This document shows positions 14,382 through 28,536 of a DNA stretch of 64,000 nucleotides, piece after piece. The stretch is taken from contig OZ024742.1 of the NCBI GenBank assembly GCA_964016885.1, forward strand, positions 98,022,001-98,086,000, read 5' to 3'. Source of the DNA: Eledone cirrhosa (Eukaryota). The notes under the pieces are model-generated. The model made no database searches. It worked only from the letters and a program-made list of their open reading frames with translations, and was not told the origin of the DNA. Position numbers and translations under genes: made by a program. Position 1 is the first letter of the stretch. Every line of letters starts with the position of its first letter.

Positions 14382-14641
14382 AATAAATGTGAAGACTAAA
14401 ATCCAAAGAGATCTTGATAAGGAAAAATATATATCAGATATATAAGTACCGTAGACCAGATATTTATTAAAATAACAGATTAAAGTTTAGACAAAGAATC
14501 GCTGCTTTCACTCTTACCGGGATCTTCTGAAACTATCGGTTAGATAGTCACTGGATAGTCAGTATCCAGTGACTATTCAGTGATTATCCAACCGATGAGG
14601 TATGATTTTCATGGGTATGTCTATTTATAAAACAAACTTTG

Positions 14642-14704
14642 TATCTTATCTGATGAAAGCGTATCAATGTGTCTTGGTTCCCTCGAAATATATATAATAA
14701 AATA
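14642..14704 (+). ncRNA. Type I hammerhead-like motif
   Basis: tatcttat-CTGATGA-...c-GAAA-tatataTA-ataaaata; helix II decayed. Confidence 0.6.
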
Positions 14705-15249
14705 AATATGGTTTTATAAATATAGTTTCCATTTATTTAATATTATTGAATATTTACTCCAGGATAACTGTTGAGTGCTCTAAATCAGTTATAAACATTT
14801 ATATTTGTCGGACCCCCAACAAATTAAATACCCCTGCTACTTATATATATATATGAAAGGTACAGAAAACATATATATATATATTACAAACATATATTTG
14901 TCGATTAGACATGGTGTAGCCAGTATGGAAACTGAGTGGAAGAGTTGCAGGTTGCAGGATGAGAGATAGATAGAGAGATAAATAACTGGAGTGATATTGT
15001 ATGATTGGGAGAGAGAGATATAATTGGACCAGAAATGAAATTAGATGGTGTGTACAGGTCACTGTGAATGAGACGCAGTCGTACGAGAAGTGATTATTAA
15101 CTATAGATGATGTTTAATTAACTTTTGTGACAAAAATTAGGTAGACTCCCGTTGAACTGAACATACATGTAAGTCAACGGGTACACGTGAATGCAAAATT
15201 CTCAGCTACTTACAATATAAGAGGTATTGAGCATATAATTAAAAGGAAG

Positions 15250-15410
15250 TGAATTGGCAGAGTTGTTAGAATGTCGGATAGAATGCTTTTTAGTATACGT
15301 TCCATCTCGCTGTTCTCGGAGTTCAAACCTCGCCGAGGTCAATTTTGCTTTTCATTCATTGAAGATCGATAAAAAAGTACGACCAGCCAAATACTGGGAT
15401 CGATTCTTCC
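15250..15410 (+). mobile_element. Degraded tRNA-derived SINE
   Basis: ttggcagagttgttagaatgtcgga...gagttcaaacctcgccgaggtcaattttgcttttcattc. Confidence 0.7.
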
Positions 15411-16185
15411 TCGGTATCTCTTTCTCTCTCTATCCTTCTCTAGAAGAAATCTGCAGTATTCAAGAGAGACGATGGGCTCCGTCAGGTTTAAAATGTGCTG
15501 TAGAATTGCCGTAGGTCAATATGGTGACCCTACAATTCCTCAAGAGTTACGGGTCCATGATATACATCTAATTAAAGAATACAGCCTTACCACACACTGT
15601 CACGCTGAATTATCCTGATATTTACGTCAAATTTAAGCATGTCTGTAAACTACTCTGTCACTTGTGTTTTAATTTCATGAGTAGGCAGTACTGAATTCGA
15701 ATCACTGGAATACTGATCGTCGAAATCGATGGAGGTACAGATAAGGGAAGTGAGAGAATAAACGGAGAATCTACTAACACAACGGATATTTGGTGTATTT
15801 TATCCAACAGCGTTATGATTGGATGTTATTTCAAACTGGTATATATACATATATTGTTTCTGTTTATCTATATTCTTCATTGTCCTGTGTTGCCCTATCC
15901 GTGTCTACTGAGTTTGAAGTTAGTTATACACCAGTAAATTAATAAATATGTTGCAGAGAAATTATACGAAATTCCCGTTTCATCCAGTATTATCAGGGGA
16001 GGGTCGCAACAACCTCATAAAACATTAGAACTGCTGTTGTGTGTGTGTATACGTTTGTGTAATACACATAAACACACACATATATATATGTATAAATATA
16101 TGTGTGTGCATATATGTGTGTGTATATATATACAAATATATATATATACATACATATATATATACATACATACATATATATATAT

Positions 16186-16252
<67 letters not shown>

Positions 16253-16255
16253 CAT

Positions 16256-16312
<57 letters not shown>

Positions 16313-16314
16313 TA

Positions 16315-16922
16315 TGGTGGCTGCCAACTCGTTTTCGAGTACGGCCACTACTTTATGTCCATGTAGGAGAACTCCTACCGATGCGCTGAACGAGTGTGAC
16401 TTTTTAGTCCAGCCAGCGACCTGAAAACTCTGGTACAAACACTACACCTCTGACAATTATTGACACATAGTGCTGGGCGCTTGGTACCATGTGACGACAA
16501 GTGCAGAGAGATCTCTAGATATAAAGCAATGCCTGTGCTGTGAAGCTTTTATAGTGAGCAAAGGCACTGCACAAAGCCAGTCCCACTCTCTTAACCAAGA
16601 TGATATTTACCAAAAAGAAGATCAAGTCAACATCATTGGATACCATCAGAGTTGCAGGTGTTATATCAGAGTTTTCCTTCTCCTAGAATTCTGCCTTGAC
16701 AAAGGCTAAGGGGTCATCTCTCCCGGTGATTTTGGATGGCCATTGACTCTTAAGAGCTCCTTTGCCCTTTGATAGGTTTTGTTTTTAGTCCTGCAGGTGT
16801 CCAAAGTCACCCTCCTCACCAAGAAGCTTTAGTGGGGTTGCCAGTTTAGTCGCCAACGACCCGACCATGAGACAGGTTGTACTGGGATACATGTTACCAG
16901 TAGCACCAACTGGTGACCTGAC
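16315..16922 (-). mobile_element. Short RTE-derived element: 5'-UTR-like part joined to the RTE 3' end
   Basis: ctaggagaaggaaaactctga motif (recalled as RTE 5'-UTR-like); then [23 protein letters not shown] and the terminus tggccgtactcgaaaacgagttggcagccacca, homologous to 52616-52648. Confidence 0.7.
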
Positions 16923-16992
16923 ATATACATATATATACATACATACATACATATATATATACAGAGAGAGAGAGGGGGAGAGAGAGAGAGAG

Positions 16993-17017
16993 AGAAGAAG
17001 AAGAAGAAGAAGAAGAA

Positions 17018-17048
<31 letters not shown>

Positions 17049-17202
17049 AAGAAGAAGAAGAAGAAGAAGAAGAAGAAGAAGAAGAAGAGGAAGAGGAAGA
17101 AGAAGAAGAAGAAGAAGAAGAAGAAGAAGAAGAAGAAGAAGAAGAAGAAGAAGAAGAAGAAGAAGAAGAAGAAGAAGAAGAAGAAGAAGAAGAAGAAGAA
17201 GA
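16993..17202. repeat. (GAA)n microsatellite, about 70 units
   Basis: Seen directly. Confidence 0.98.
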
Positions 17203-17389
17203 ATACATAATGGGTTTTATAACGATTTATTCGGAAATTTTCCACTACAAATGTTTCGACGGATTTGATGACTGTGCGGTATGCTGGTTCCATAGTATCA
17301 ATCCGGCTTTTCTTAGATGGTCTCCCTAAGATTGCTTTATTCAACCCTAGTTCTCTATAGAACTCGGGGTGGAGAGATTGGGAACTGAT

Positions 17390-17925
17390 AACATTCAATC
17401 CCCTTTCTCCCAATAGGAGATATGATATTGATTGCGCATGTCAATCTTGTTCATGAAAATAATTAACAGGAGAGGTGAAAGTAGACATTCTTGGTAGAAT
17501 CCAACTCCCACATTAAAGAAATCAATTTAGTCCCATTTATCCGAACACAAACACTCAGGCATACGTATAAAGACATCAGGGCAACAAGAAGCTGACCATC
17601 GATCCCATCCTCCTGCACAAACTTCCACCAAAAATTCCGAGTATCACAATACTCTTACAATTTCTCGAAGAACTGCCGTAGTATGAATATTTGGTTGGCT
17701 TTGATGCGTCTGAGGAAAAAAACCACACTACTCATCAGCTAGCTTGGACTCGACAATCTCTCTAGATCTTTTTGCCAGGCACTTATCATAGACTTTACCG
17801 GGGAGGCTTAACATGGAGATCACTTTGTAATGGGAACAATCTCTCATTTTGAAAATTGGGATTATAATTCCCGATGGCCATTGCTTAGGTGCCTTTCCAG
17901 AGATTCAAGCCACTCGGCACACACG
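17390..17925 (-). mobile_element. RTE LINE RT fragment
   Basis: GIIIPIFK..., ISMLSLPGKVYDKCL and downstream RT remnants. Confidence 0.75.
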
Positions 17926-17971
17926 AGCAGAAATATAGTATGTATTTATGTTTATAGAGGAACATAAATAA

Positions 17972-18162
17972 ATAATTGTTTCTACTTTTGGCACAAGGCC
18001 AGCAATTACTCAGTACATCACTGGTACTTTATTTTATCGACCCCGTAAGGATGAAAGGCAAAGTTAACCTCGGCGGGATTTGAACTCAGAATTGCAAGAG
18101 CCGTAACTCCATGCGTCAAAGCATGGCATCCGACCCTCTACCGATACTGCCAATCCACCGCC
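17972..18162 (-). mobile_element. Young tRNA-derived SINE with apparent TSD (aacataaataaataat)
   Basis: Full-length match to the family; flanking direct repeat. Confidence 0.9.
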
Positions 18163-18182
18163 TAAATAAACATAAATAAATA

Positions 18183-18262
<80 letters not shown>

Positions 18263-18438
18263 TGTGTGTGTGTTGTGTGTGTGGGTGTGTGCATGTGTGT
18301 ATTTATACAGATAAATATTTAACATTTTGGTTATATATATATATATAGCCAAATTGTTAAATATTTATCTGTATATATATATGTATGTAAAAGGTAAACA
18401 GAAATAACACAATCGGTACAGTATATGGTAGGGATATA

Positions 18439-18528
<90 letters not shown>

Positions 18529-19265
18529 CCTATACAGATAAATATTTAACAATTTGGCTTGAGACCAGACATTTTGGGGGAGGGTAAGTCGATTAACTCG
18601 ACCGGAGTATTTTCCTGATACATTATTCATCCACCTCGGTGGTATTCGAACCCAGATGGTAAAGAGCTTGAACAAATACAGCTACGAGTTGGTCCGATGC
18701 TTTAACGAATTTGCCAATTCACCGTATTATTATACGGATACATATACTAAATAATCGCAAGCCTTAATCTGACGTCAAAATCGAAATTCTAAGAAATGAT
18801 AAGAAACGTTTGTTAAAGCTCACTCGACTTTTTTGTTTCAAATCTAGGAATTATTTGCGAAACCTACAATAATGTTGTACTCTTTACTTAAGTGTGATGT
18901 AATTAACCTTTGTATGAATTTAATAAAGATCTCAAGATTAATTTTGCTAGCTATATTTTCTTTTTCAAAGTTATTTTATTGTTATTTAGCTGAAGAATGA
19001 TCGTTCTACAGTACATTTAGTTAACCTCGTTACAGAAGTCGAAGTGACCTTGTTGTCAATCAACTTTAGCATATTATGTATCACACCGCTTTTTCAAATT
19101 ACATCTTGTTTCTACTTCTGCTCATTTGACATTAAAAGAGGAAATGAATTTCGTTTAGAATTTAACCAAATTTTTTTTGCTAAAGTGAATCCAACAGTTG
19201 GAAATTTGCTATGAGTCGAATATGTTTCGTTATCTGTGTAAGCTTGTGTAAGTGTATGTGTGTGT

Positions 19266-19337
<72 letters not shown>

Positions 19338-19346
19338 GAGAGAGAA

Positions 19347-19410
<64 letters not shown>

Positions 19411-20107
19411 TTTGTGTGTGAGAGAGAGAAGAAGGGAGGGACAGACAGAGAATATATCTGTTGAGAATATAAGATGCGTGCTTATTCCGATGTACATATT
19501 GCTGTGGGTTTTGTTGTCTTTTGTGAGGTAAAATTTATAATGGAATACAAAGAGAAGACAAGTAAAACCAGCAAAATATATATGCCTCTCAAAGAATAAA
19601 AAGCAGTAGCTAATATTGCTGCTCGATGTACCAGGTGTAGAAGAAATACTAATTGTGACACGTTTTAGGTTAACCAATGCCAGTATGGATTATAGAATAT
19701 AAAGAATAGTAAATATATTCATACACACATATATAGGTATGTATAAGACACGGGCATAGGTATAGCTCTATATACAAAACGTCTATTTTTTCCATTTAGC
19801 CACGATTGGTTACTACCTTTTAAAATAATATTCTTACACGAAACGCTAGTATCAAGAGTTTTCTGAGAGTTGTCGACATGACTGGACCTGTTAATGTTTT
19901 CTAAAATAATTTCTTTCTTTGTTTCCGTCACTGACCGTCTCCTCAATCATTCTATTTCCTCATTCTATTCTACGATGAAGGACTAGCCTCCTAATTATAA
20001 AGACACTTTTCCGACTATATCAAGCGTAAATTAATCATATATTTCTTCAGTGTATTGTGTCGTTTGCTTTGTTATTTCCCTTTCCATTTTGCATATATAT
20101 ATATATT

Positions 20108-20895
20108 CATAGTTGCATTTTAAACTTATATAAATGATTAAACTTATATAAATGATTATTTATCTAGTTGATTTCTACGGACTAGGGTGGAGGAAGACTG
20201 GATATATTTTATGTATAATTCTTCAAACTTGCAATTTTATATATAGCACTGATTAATAATTATTTGCTTAATTAAATTTTTCATTGAGCCTTACCGTGAA
20301 AGGTAGCCACACTCATATATGTATCTGTGTCTATGTCTAAATATATGTTTAAATATATACATATATCCCTATGAATGTAATATATACTCACGTTCGGTTG
20401 CTTTTTCTAGCAGTATCTGGTTGCTTTTTCTAGCAGCCAGCCTACCTGCCACCTGGCCACCATTCACAACCTTCTACTTTGACCACTAGCCACGTGATGA
20501 TTCTTAACCTTCTTTTAATTCATTTCTGGCGGAGATCATTGTAGAAATGTTAGTCCAAATCTGAAGTACGAGCGAAACTATCGATAGTGGGCATTAAAGG
20601 AATTTTGGTAGAGTTTATATGCATTTTTTCTTCTAACTTATAATTTATACTTAGCTCCGTTTAATTGATTATTTGTCTAGTTAATTTCTACGGGCTAAGA
20701 GGAAAGACTAGATAAATTTTATCTGACTGTTCCTCGCGGGAAATAGTCTGTATCGTTTGTTTATTATTTTTTCATAGTTACATTTTAAACTTATAGCCCC
20801 GTTTTAATGATTATTTATCTAGTTGATAACGGACTAGAATGAAGAAAGACTTGATATATTTTATCTATGATTCTTCAAACTTGCAATTTTATATA
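20108..20895. repeat. Three imperfect direct copies of a 90-130-bp unit
   Basis: tgattattt(a/g)tctagtt...ggaagact..ata.atttt at about 20150, 20665 and 20810. Confidence 0.75.
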
Positions 20896-20989
20896 TATAT
20901 ATATATTTGATTAAACCTTGAATTCACCTGCCTAAATATATATATATATATACCCGCCTAAATTTTGGTAGAATGCTTACCTGTCTCGT

Positions 20990-21720
20990 CCATACTGATC
21001 TACGTCGGATAATATTGAACGAACACTTTCTGAGGAAAGGATTTTCCGTTCTATAGCTAGGTGCACTTACGACTTGCATATACATTGTGCAACATGTGTT
21101 GCACCTTCCGGAATCCCTGACATCTATCAAAGATTTGCGTCAATTTCTATCGTTTATTATCAATTCGAGATGATATTATTTGAAAGATATATGGTTTCAT
21201 TCGTATATTAACAATTTAACGTCTTTATATAGAAGCATTCATCGAAACAAGAATGAAACCAATGATTTTTACGGTCAAAGCACAGAAGGAAAAATAGAAT
21301 ATTCAATATTTCAGCAATGTACGTGTATTAGACAGTATGAACATGTTAATGATTTTCTGACAGAACATATCAACACTATTTTGAATAATTTAAACTTCAT
21401 ACGTAACAAGAATAGCAACATAGACTTATATACGCCTATACATTTCCCAAAATTAAGGAACGAGTGGGACAACTGATGTGATCTCGAAAGAAATAACTTC
21501 TATTCATCAATTAACAACACGACGACTCGCAAAAGTAGCCACAAGCTGATAGAGAAGACTTCCTGAAAAGGCAATATGACAAAAGAATATCGATTTCAAG
21601 TCCTATACCTTACCGATCGGTTAGAAGGCTTTTTGCCTGCCAGCGAAAGAGCAAATCCAAGCATCAATGCACAATATGTAGAACACCGTGCCCTACATAG
21701 CATACGAAATCCTTTCCATA
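20990..21720 (+). mobile_element. Decayed piggyBac-like transposase C-terminal half
   Basis: NDFYGQSTEG...QQCTCIRQ (cf. FYNxTKGGVD...YTCxR) and RRLFACQRKSKSKHQCTICRTPCPT*H (cf. piggyBac Cys-rich domain). Confidence 0.45.
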
Positions 21721-22743
21721 GTATTCACATGAGAGTATGCGACTAGAAAAAGGAATAATGATGGGTCAATGGCGGTGAGAACCTTTTGACACATGTGTTT
21801 CCCATGTTGAAGAGAGTGTTAAACGAGAAGATGACACTTCCATTGCAAATTCGTTAGGGATCTTCTCAACTGCAAAGCAAAATAATTTATTCCACATTGT
21901 GAATCTTTTCTATTTACTATTCGTTGGCATGCGTAAACATGGGTTTCTTCAATTTGTTAAGAAGGTGAATTTGAAAAAGATTTAGGGCGTTGTACCAAAT
22001 GTCATACGCCATTCTTTCAAGCATTTTGACGTTCTGAATTCAAAATTAGTCGAAGTCAATGATGCCTTTTCTTCTCACCACGGTGGATAAATAATGTACC
22101 TTCTAGGTTAGTGAAATTTAGAAATCACCAGAGCATAAACGAAATACGTTGTAGTATTTCTTCCGGATCCTTGCATTCTTAGTTCAAATTCCTCAGAGAT
22201 TAACTATTAACTACCTTTCTATTATTCTGGAATTAACCAAAGATGAGTTGTCTGTCCTACACATCAGAGTGTCTTGAGATATTTCATTTAACACTTTGCA
22301 TTCTGAGTTCCAATACAGCTGAAGCATAGTTAATCCGTTACACATTTAACACTACTATTGGAAACCACATTATTGCAAGCATTCAGAACAGGTCAACTGT
22401 TTGAGGATAGTTTCTTCCCTCACATGTATTCGGAAGGAGACTGGAAAGAGTTAGGATAAAAACACATGGACACATTCCCCACCACTATTGTTAAATGATA
22501 AAAACAAACAAATATTATTCGTGTTGACACGTTGTCCCGGAGAAATACGATTTAAAACACAGTTACTTAAGAGTTTGTTAGAGGAGACTCTACCGGTCAA
22601 ATGACTACATAGTAGCTTTCTATTTCAGTTATCATATGCTCAGTAGATATGATGTAGCTATGTGTGACATACTGACATGATTTCATTTGTTTTAGATATA
22701 ACGTGATTTCCCCCTTCACTCTCGTTTTACTGTGCTTTTTCGC

Positions 22744-22839
<96 letters not shown>

Positions 22840-23046
22840 TCCCCCGCTCTGTGTCACTGTGTCTCTCTGTTTCTCTGCTCCCACCCATTTCCCTCTTCCA
22901 ACTTCATCTTATTGCAAAATGTTACAGATGCCACAGATAAAAAATAAAAAAATAAAACAACACAAAATAATTTACTGTGAATACAAAAGTAAAACAATAA
23001 CACAAAACAATAAAAAGAGCAATGATAACAATAACAAGGCGAACAA

Positions 23047-23119
<73 letters not shown>

Positions 23120-23787
23120 ATAATAATAATAATAATAATAATGTTATATTTTAGCTGAACGAAAATTTCCATTAGATATATGAAGGTAATCATATACAAC
23201 AATCCATGAAGACAACAAAACCAAAACAGAAACAGGAAGAAATACAACGTAACAAACGAAAAGAAATAAGGTGAAGAGTGAAAGAATAAGAAAAAAGAAA
23301 TACAAATAGAAGGAAAGTAAGATAGAAAGAAAGTAAGAACGAATGAAGGAAAGAAAGAAAGAAAAAATGATATATCCAAAACTGCATTTCTCTCGTGATA
23401 ATCAGATTATAGAACAAAATATATATAAAAAAGACAAAGACAATAATAATAATGTCAAACAAAACGAAAAAGTAAAAGGAAAAAAAAATATTACAATACA
23501 TACAAGTAAAAGCACAACCTAGAAGAAGTCAACAATAATAAACAATAATAATAAAATAACAATTGTATTTGCTACGCATACATATAAACATGCAGGCAGA
23601 AAAGCAAGCAGGCCAGTGCTTTCTTGAAAAGAAATGTTTAAAGTTATGATTAACAGTGCCGAAGTACATTGGTGAAATCCCCATTCTCTCTCTCACACAC
23701 ACTTCCTTATAGTTCTATGGATAAAGAAAAGGATGTAAGTTTGTATGAATGTATGTTTATATGTATATATGTATATATATATATATT

Positions 23788-23938
<151 letters not shown>

Positions 23939-24091
23939 AGTACGTATGTTTTGAAACAGTGAGCATGTTTGAAATTAGAAAATAGAATAGCTTTCACCGT
24001 ATTTTTTACTAAAGGAATTTTAGCCTGATAATGGGGTTTAGAACCCTCAGATAAATGGAAAAAGATGAGTATTGACGTCAAAAATACGGTG

Positions 24092-24133
<42 letters not shown>

Positions 24134-24355
24134 GCACAGTAAACATGACAAACAGACATATACATATATATCAGTATCTATGTTTTCAGGGAATCTTACA
24201 TTTTATTCAAAGAAATACTGTTTTATGAGTGGTCATATATAAGTGTGTGTGTATTTGTACGGGAATAGAATTGATATGTTATGATGTATGATGTATTCAT
24301 GTATTAAAATGTGTAGCCAAACACACACGAATCCATAAAAATATACATACACACA

Positions 24356-24425
<70 letters not shown>

Positions 24426-24492
24426 CACACACACACACACATTATATATGTATGTATATATGTGTGTATATAAATATATATATATATATATG

Positions 24493-24534
<42 letters not shown>

Positions 24535-24616
24535 TACATATAAAACACACACATATACATATATATATGTATATATATATATATATTGATATATATATAG
24601 AGAGAGAGTGAGAGAA

Positions 24617-24706
<90 letters not shown>

Positions 24707-25350
24707 TTATTTTATATTTCACAACACGAGGAATGGCCTAGAGCTCAGAAAAGTTAAAGTATAAAAGAATAGAAATATGGCGAACTCTACTGAAGCTTGA
24801 AGATTATATAAATGTGATAAGTGGGCTATGAAATGGAATATATTGTTGGAACCAAATATACACTCGTACATCGAGACACATATGCATCTATAAACATCTA
24901 TGGAAATAAGTGCACATACTTCGAAACTCATGCCTACACACAGACTACAGAGAAATAGAAATTTTATTCCATACAGTATTATAGCTTGAATCTTTCTTAT
25001 CAGAAGATTTTTCATTACGCACACGCACACACACACTAAGATAACCATACTGAACTAAACGCAGATTCAGACATATACAGAGAAATATATTTCAACAATG
25101 ATGTTTATTACATCATATTTGTACGCAAGGTGGAAAAAAAAAACGAGAAACAAATGCCAGATATTAAAATCGTATTCTTCAACATAAACTTACTAATAGT
25201 TATGGAATGTTCATTGATATTCCTCGTGGTATTACCTTTGTAATCAGTGCTTACCATTCGACGTTATATAATACAAAGTTTAGTCGACAGGAGATTATTA
25301 AAATCATCTAGAAAAGATCACTTAGTTAAACTGCCATTTTCTTTGTTAAC

Positions 25351-25382
<32 letters not shown>

Positions 25383-25390
25383 TATAAGCC

Positions 25391-25721
25391 AAAGAATGAG
25401 TAAATGAAAGAGTTACAAGCTGTTAAAATATATCTATATATAGCTATTACACGTGTTTCGCCCAGGGGTCTCATCGGAGGCAGATATTAATAAGAAAGTC
25501 CTTAATTACAGACCCTGAGAGGGTATAATAATAATATCATATCACCATGCAGAGTGATATGACGATGTGATTTTATTATTATACCCTCTTAGGGTCTGTA
25601 ATTAACGACTTTGCTTATTAATATCTACCTTCGATGAGCCCCTCCTCTGGGCGAAACACGTGTAAGAGCTATATAAAGATATGTTTTAACGGCTTGTAAC
25701 TCTTCCATTCACTCATTCTTT
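25391..25721. repeat. About 150-bp-arm inverted repeat, each arm with a degenerate hammerhead
   Basis: Plus arm: tcGATGA-gccc-ctcctct-gggc-GAAA-cacgtg-TA; mirrored at 25440-25480. Confidence 0.85.
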
Positions 25722-25858
25722 TGTCTATTACAGTTCTGCTTATCTTTACACTAAATATTAACTTTCTCTAATATTTAACCCTGATAACCCAAGCATTGAG
25801 CACATTACGCATCCAATTCGCACCTCTTTATATCTCTTCTTTCTATACTGTAACCTAT

Positions 25859-25919
<61 letters not shown>

Positions 25920-25987
25920 CAAGGTTTAGCAAATAAGAAAAAGTTTCAAAATAAATTTTAAAAAATTAACTTTACTTACTATGGTTA

Positions 25988-26069
25988 CCTTTACCGAATC
26001 GGTTTCGAGTCTCAAAAATAAACGGAGTCCATACGGCATCCGTTGCAAAGAAAAACTCTCGTCAAAAGG
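25988..26069 (-). ncRNA. Type I hammerhead with long helix II and closed helix III
   Basis: cctt-tTGACGA-gagtttt...aacgga...tccgtt...gagactc-GAAA-ccg-att-cgg-TA-aagg. Confidence 0.7.
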
Positions 26070-26286
26070 ATCTTTTCACTCGGAGAATATAAAATTCCCG
26101 AGTTCAAATTACGAACTGGCGCTATTCAAAATGGTTCCCGAGATGAGAGTAAATGAAGTGGAATCAATTCTTTCAAGTGCCGTGTGTAAAGATAGAGGCA
26201 GAGACAGCGAGGTCAGTCGGCTCCCGCTATAACTATCAGCAGTCAGAACGACCACATTTTTTTCTCAACCAAGAGGAGTATAGTAA

Positions 26287-26476
26287 TAATTGTTTCTACT
26301 TTTGGTACAAGGCCAGCAATTACCCAGAGTATTACTGGTACTTTATTTTATCGACCCCGTAAGGATGAAAGGCAAAGTTAACCTCGGTGGGATTTGAACT
26401 CAGAATGACAAGGGCCGTAACTCTATGTGTCAAAGCATGGGGTCTGACCCTCTACCGATACTGCCAATTCACCGCT
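26287..26476 (-). mobile_element. Young tRNA-derived SINE
   Basis: Family match; flanking ggag..tagtaataat direct repeat. Confidence 0.9.
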
Positions 26477-26635
26477 CTCCGGAGATTAGTAATAATAGAC
26501 CTTGATCATATTTGTTTTGGCTTGTTAATTTATTAACCTGCCATTGAACCACATTGGCATATGGTTGGACAATACATGTGTCCCTTAGCGCCTTGTGCAT
26601 GTAGGAACATATACTCTATTATATATATATATATA

Positions 26636-27758
26636 TATATAACGTCGAAAGTGATAGCAGACTAAACAATGCAAAATGGAGTGTAAGATGAGGCAACGAA
26701 AGTTAGTTACCTGCTAATATTTTTTTGTTTTTGTTTTTGTTATTCTTTTTGTTGTTGTTCTTTTTTCAGTTCAATATTTCGGGGCCCGAAAAGTCCATGC
26801 TTCACACAGCACACATCATAGATGTATTGAAGACGAACGGATTCACAACATCCACATTGAATCGACTTAAGAACTGAAGGCTCCGCAGGCATAAGACCTC
26901 CTAACCCTAACCCTAACACATGCTTCTTGAAATTACCATATTTCAGCGAAAGCATAACCACACCTATCCGCAGAGTAGGATGGACGTACTATTAGCACAC
27001 TCCGGCCCTTCACTGTATGGATACCTCTCTAAAAAGTAATCCAGAGACAACAACAATCAATGCTCGCTGACTAACTACCCTATCCGCGATACAGATATGT
27101 GCCAGCGGAAACATGTGGTATACCGGATTGAAAGCAACAAATGTAAGGAGTTTTAAATTGGTAATACGACTCGAGCATTCCACACTCGCATTAAAGAACA
27201 CCTCAACACACACGCATCCTCATTCAAAAAGCACATTGAGAAATGTAGAAACATCAACTACCATATTACTGCTACTATTAAAGCCAGTGATACAGATGTG
27301 GGCAATTTAAGAATTAAGGAAGCCTTGCTCATGCTTAGACACAATCCGCAAAGAATAGAATAGATTAGAACTCAGCACTCAATACATAACATAAAAGACA
27401 CATCCACAGGCACACAAACTAAATACCACAGTCGAAAAAATATTGATTCGACTAAATACTATATTGGCAACAGAGGCCATTCGCGTGAAGAGCGACATAA
27501 CCACCAAACACGCTTTAAAACGACTTAGAAAAAAATGTTAATCAAAATCAAAATTTAATCCCAAAGAGTGGAACATTATCCACTGAAATTTCCTTAAACA
27601 CCGAAGAAGGGTCTTTTAGGTCCCGAAAAATTGGACAGAAAAAAGAACAACAACAACACAAAATAAAACAAAGATTACCAGGTTACTTTATTTTCGTTTC
27701 CTCATCTTACAGTCCATTTTGCATTCTTTAGCCTTATATCTCTTTCAACGTTATATAT
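26636..27758 (+). mobile_element. 5'-truncated Penelope-like element (GIY-YIG end) with inverted pseudo-LTR
   Basis: 27061-27363: HVVYRIESNKCKEF*IGNTTRAFHTRIKEHL...LRIKEALL; arms 26636-26804 / 27601-27758 inverted, with HHR-like ccGAAGA-aggg...ccc-GAAA; (TA)n on both sides. Confidence 0.9.
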
Positions 27759-27794
27759 TATACACAATGCTTCAAGCAAACTGCAACATTTTAT

Positions 27795-27827
<33 letters not shown>

Positions 27828-27828
<1 letters not shown>

Positions 27829-28494
27829 AAAAGATGAAATCGAAAATGCAACTGGAGTCTTTTTAAAAAAAAAAATATATATATTTATTTGGTTCCTTTA
27901 CCGGTTTCGCAGTTCTTCTGCTTTTCAAAAGTAGAGTTGAGATGGAGGGTCTGTGGTTTTTCTCACATCTGGAGGGGCTTTGAATGTTACTTGTTTTATA
28001 TGGAAAAAAGTGGCTCGAAACGCCAGGTTTTTAGAGAAGTAATTTGATTGGTCGGTCAATAAGTATAATAAATTTCGCGCTAGTTCGCGTTACAAAGTTC
28101 TTCAAACAAGAGGGGAGGGGTCAGGTTGTTTTTTCACATATGAGTGAAGTTTGGTTGGTTGATGCAGTCAGTGAATAAGCACATCAGCTTTCGCGCCAGT
28201 TTGTTTGAATTTCTTTTTACTTAAAAAAAAGGGCTCATGATGGCTTTTTTTTTTATAAATGTAATTTGATTGGTTATAAATGAAATTATGGCTGTCACAA
28301 GTTCATTAAATTTCGCGCCCGTATTTGGGAATTTATTTTGTAGAATTTTAGAGAATTTTATGACAAACAAAAGATAATGGTCAAGAGAAATGGGATGGGA
28401 GAATTGTTCTGGTTCAGTGAATATGGCTGGTTCGCTGGGGTGTCAGAGTTCAGACTTTCTATTGAAATAAAGAAAGTAGACATATGTATGATTA

Positions 28495-28536
<42 letters not shown>

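Noticed and set aside
16800-16860. HDV-like ribozyme around caccctcctcacc
   Set aside because: Could not assemble the P1/P2/P3/P1.1 nested pseudoknot in either copy
19965-20000. Further hammerhead-like remnants (also about 9105, 24025, 32800, 33300, 34695, 45937)
   Set aside because: Core too degenerate or one half missing; not counted
26900-26917. Telomere-like (CCCTAA)3 inside the PLE fragment
   Set aside because: Only 3 units, and it reads in frame as PNPNPN in the linker before CFLKLPY; insufficient to claim telomere association
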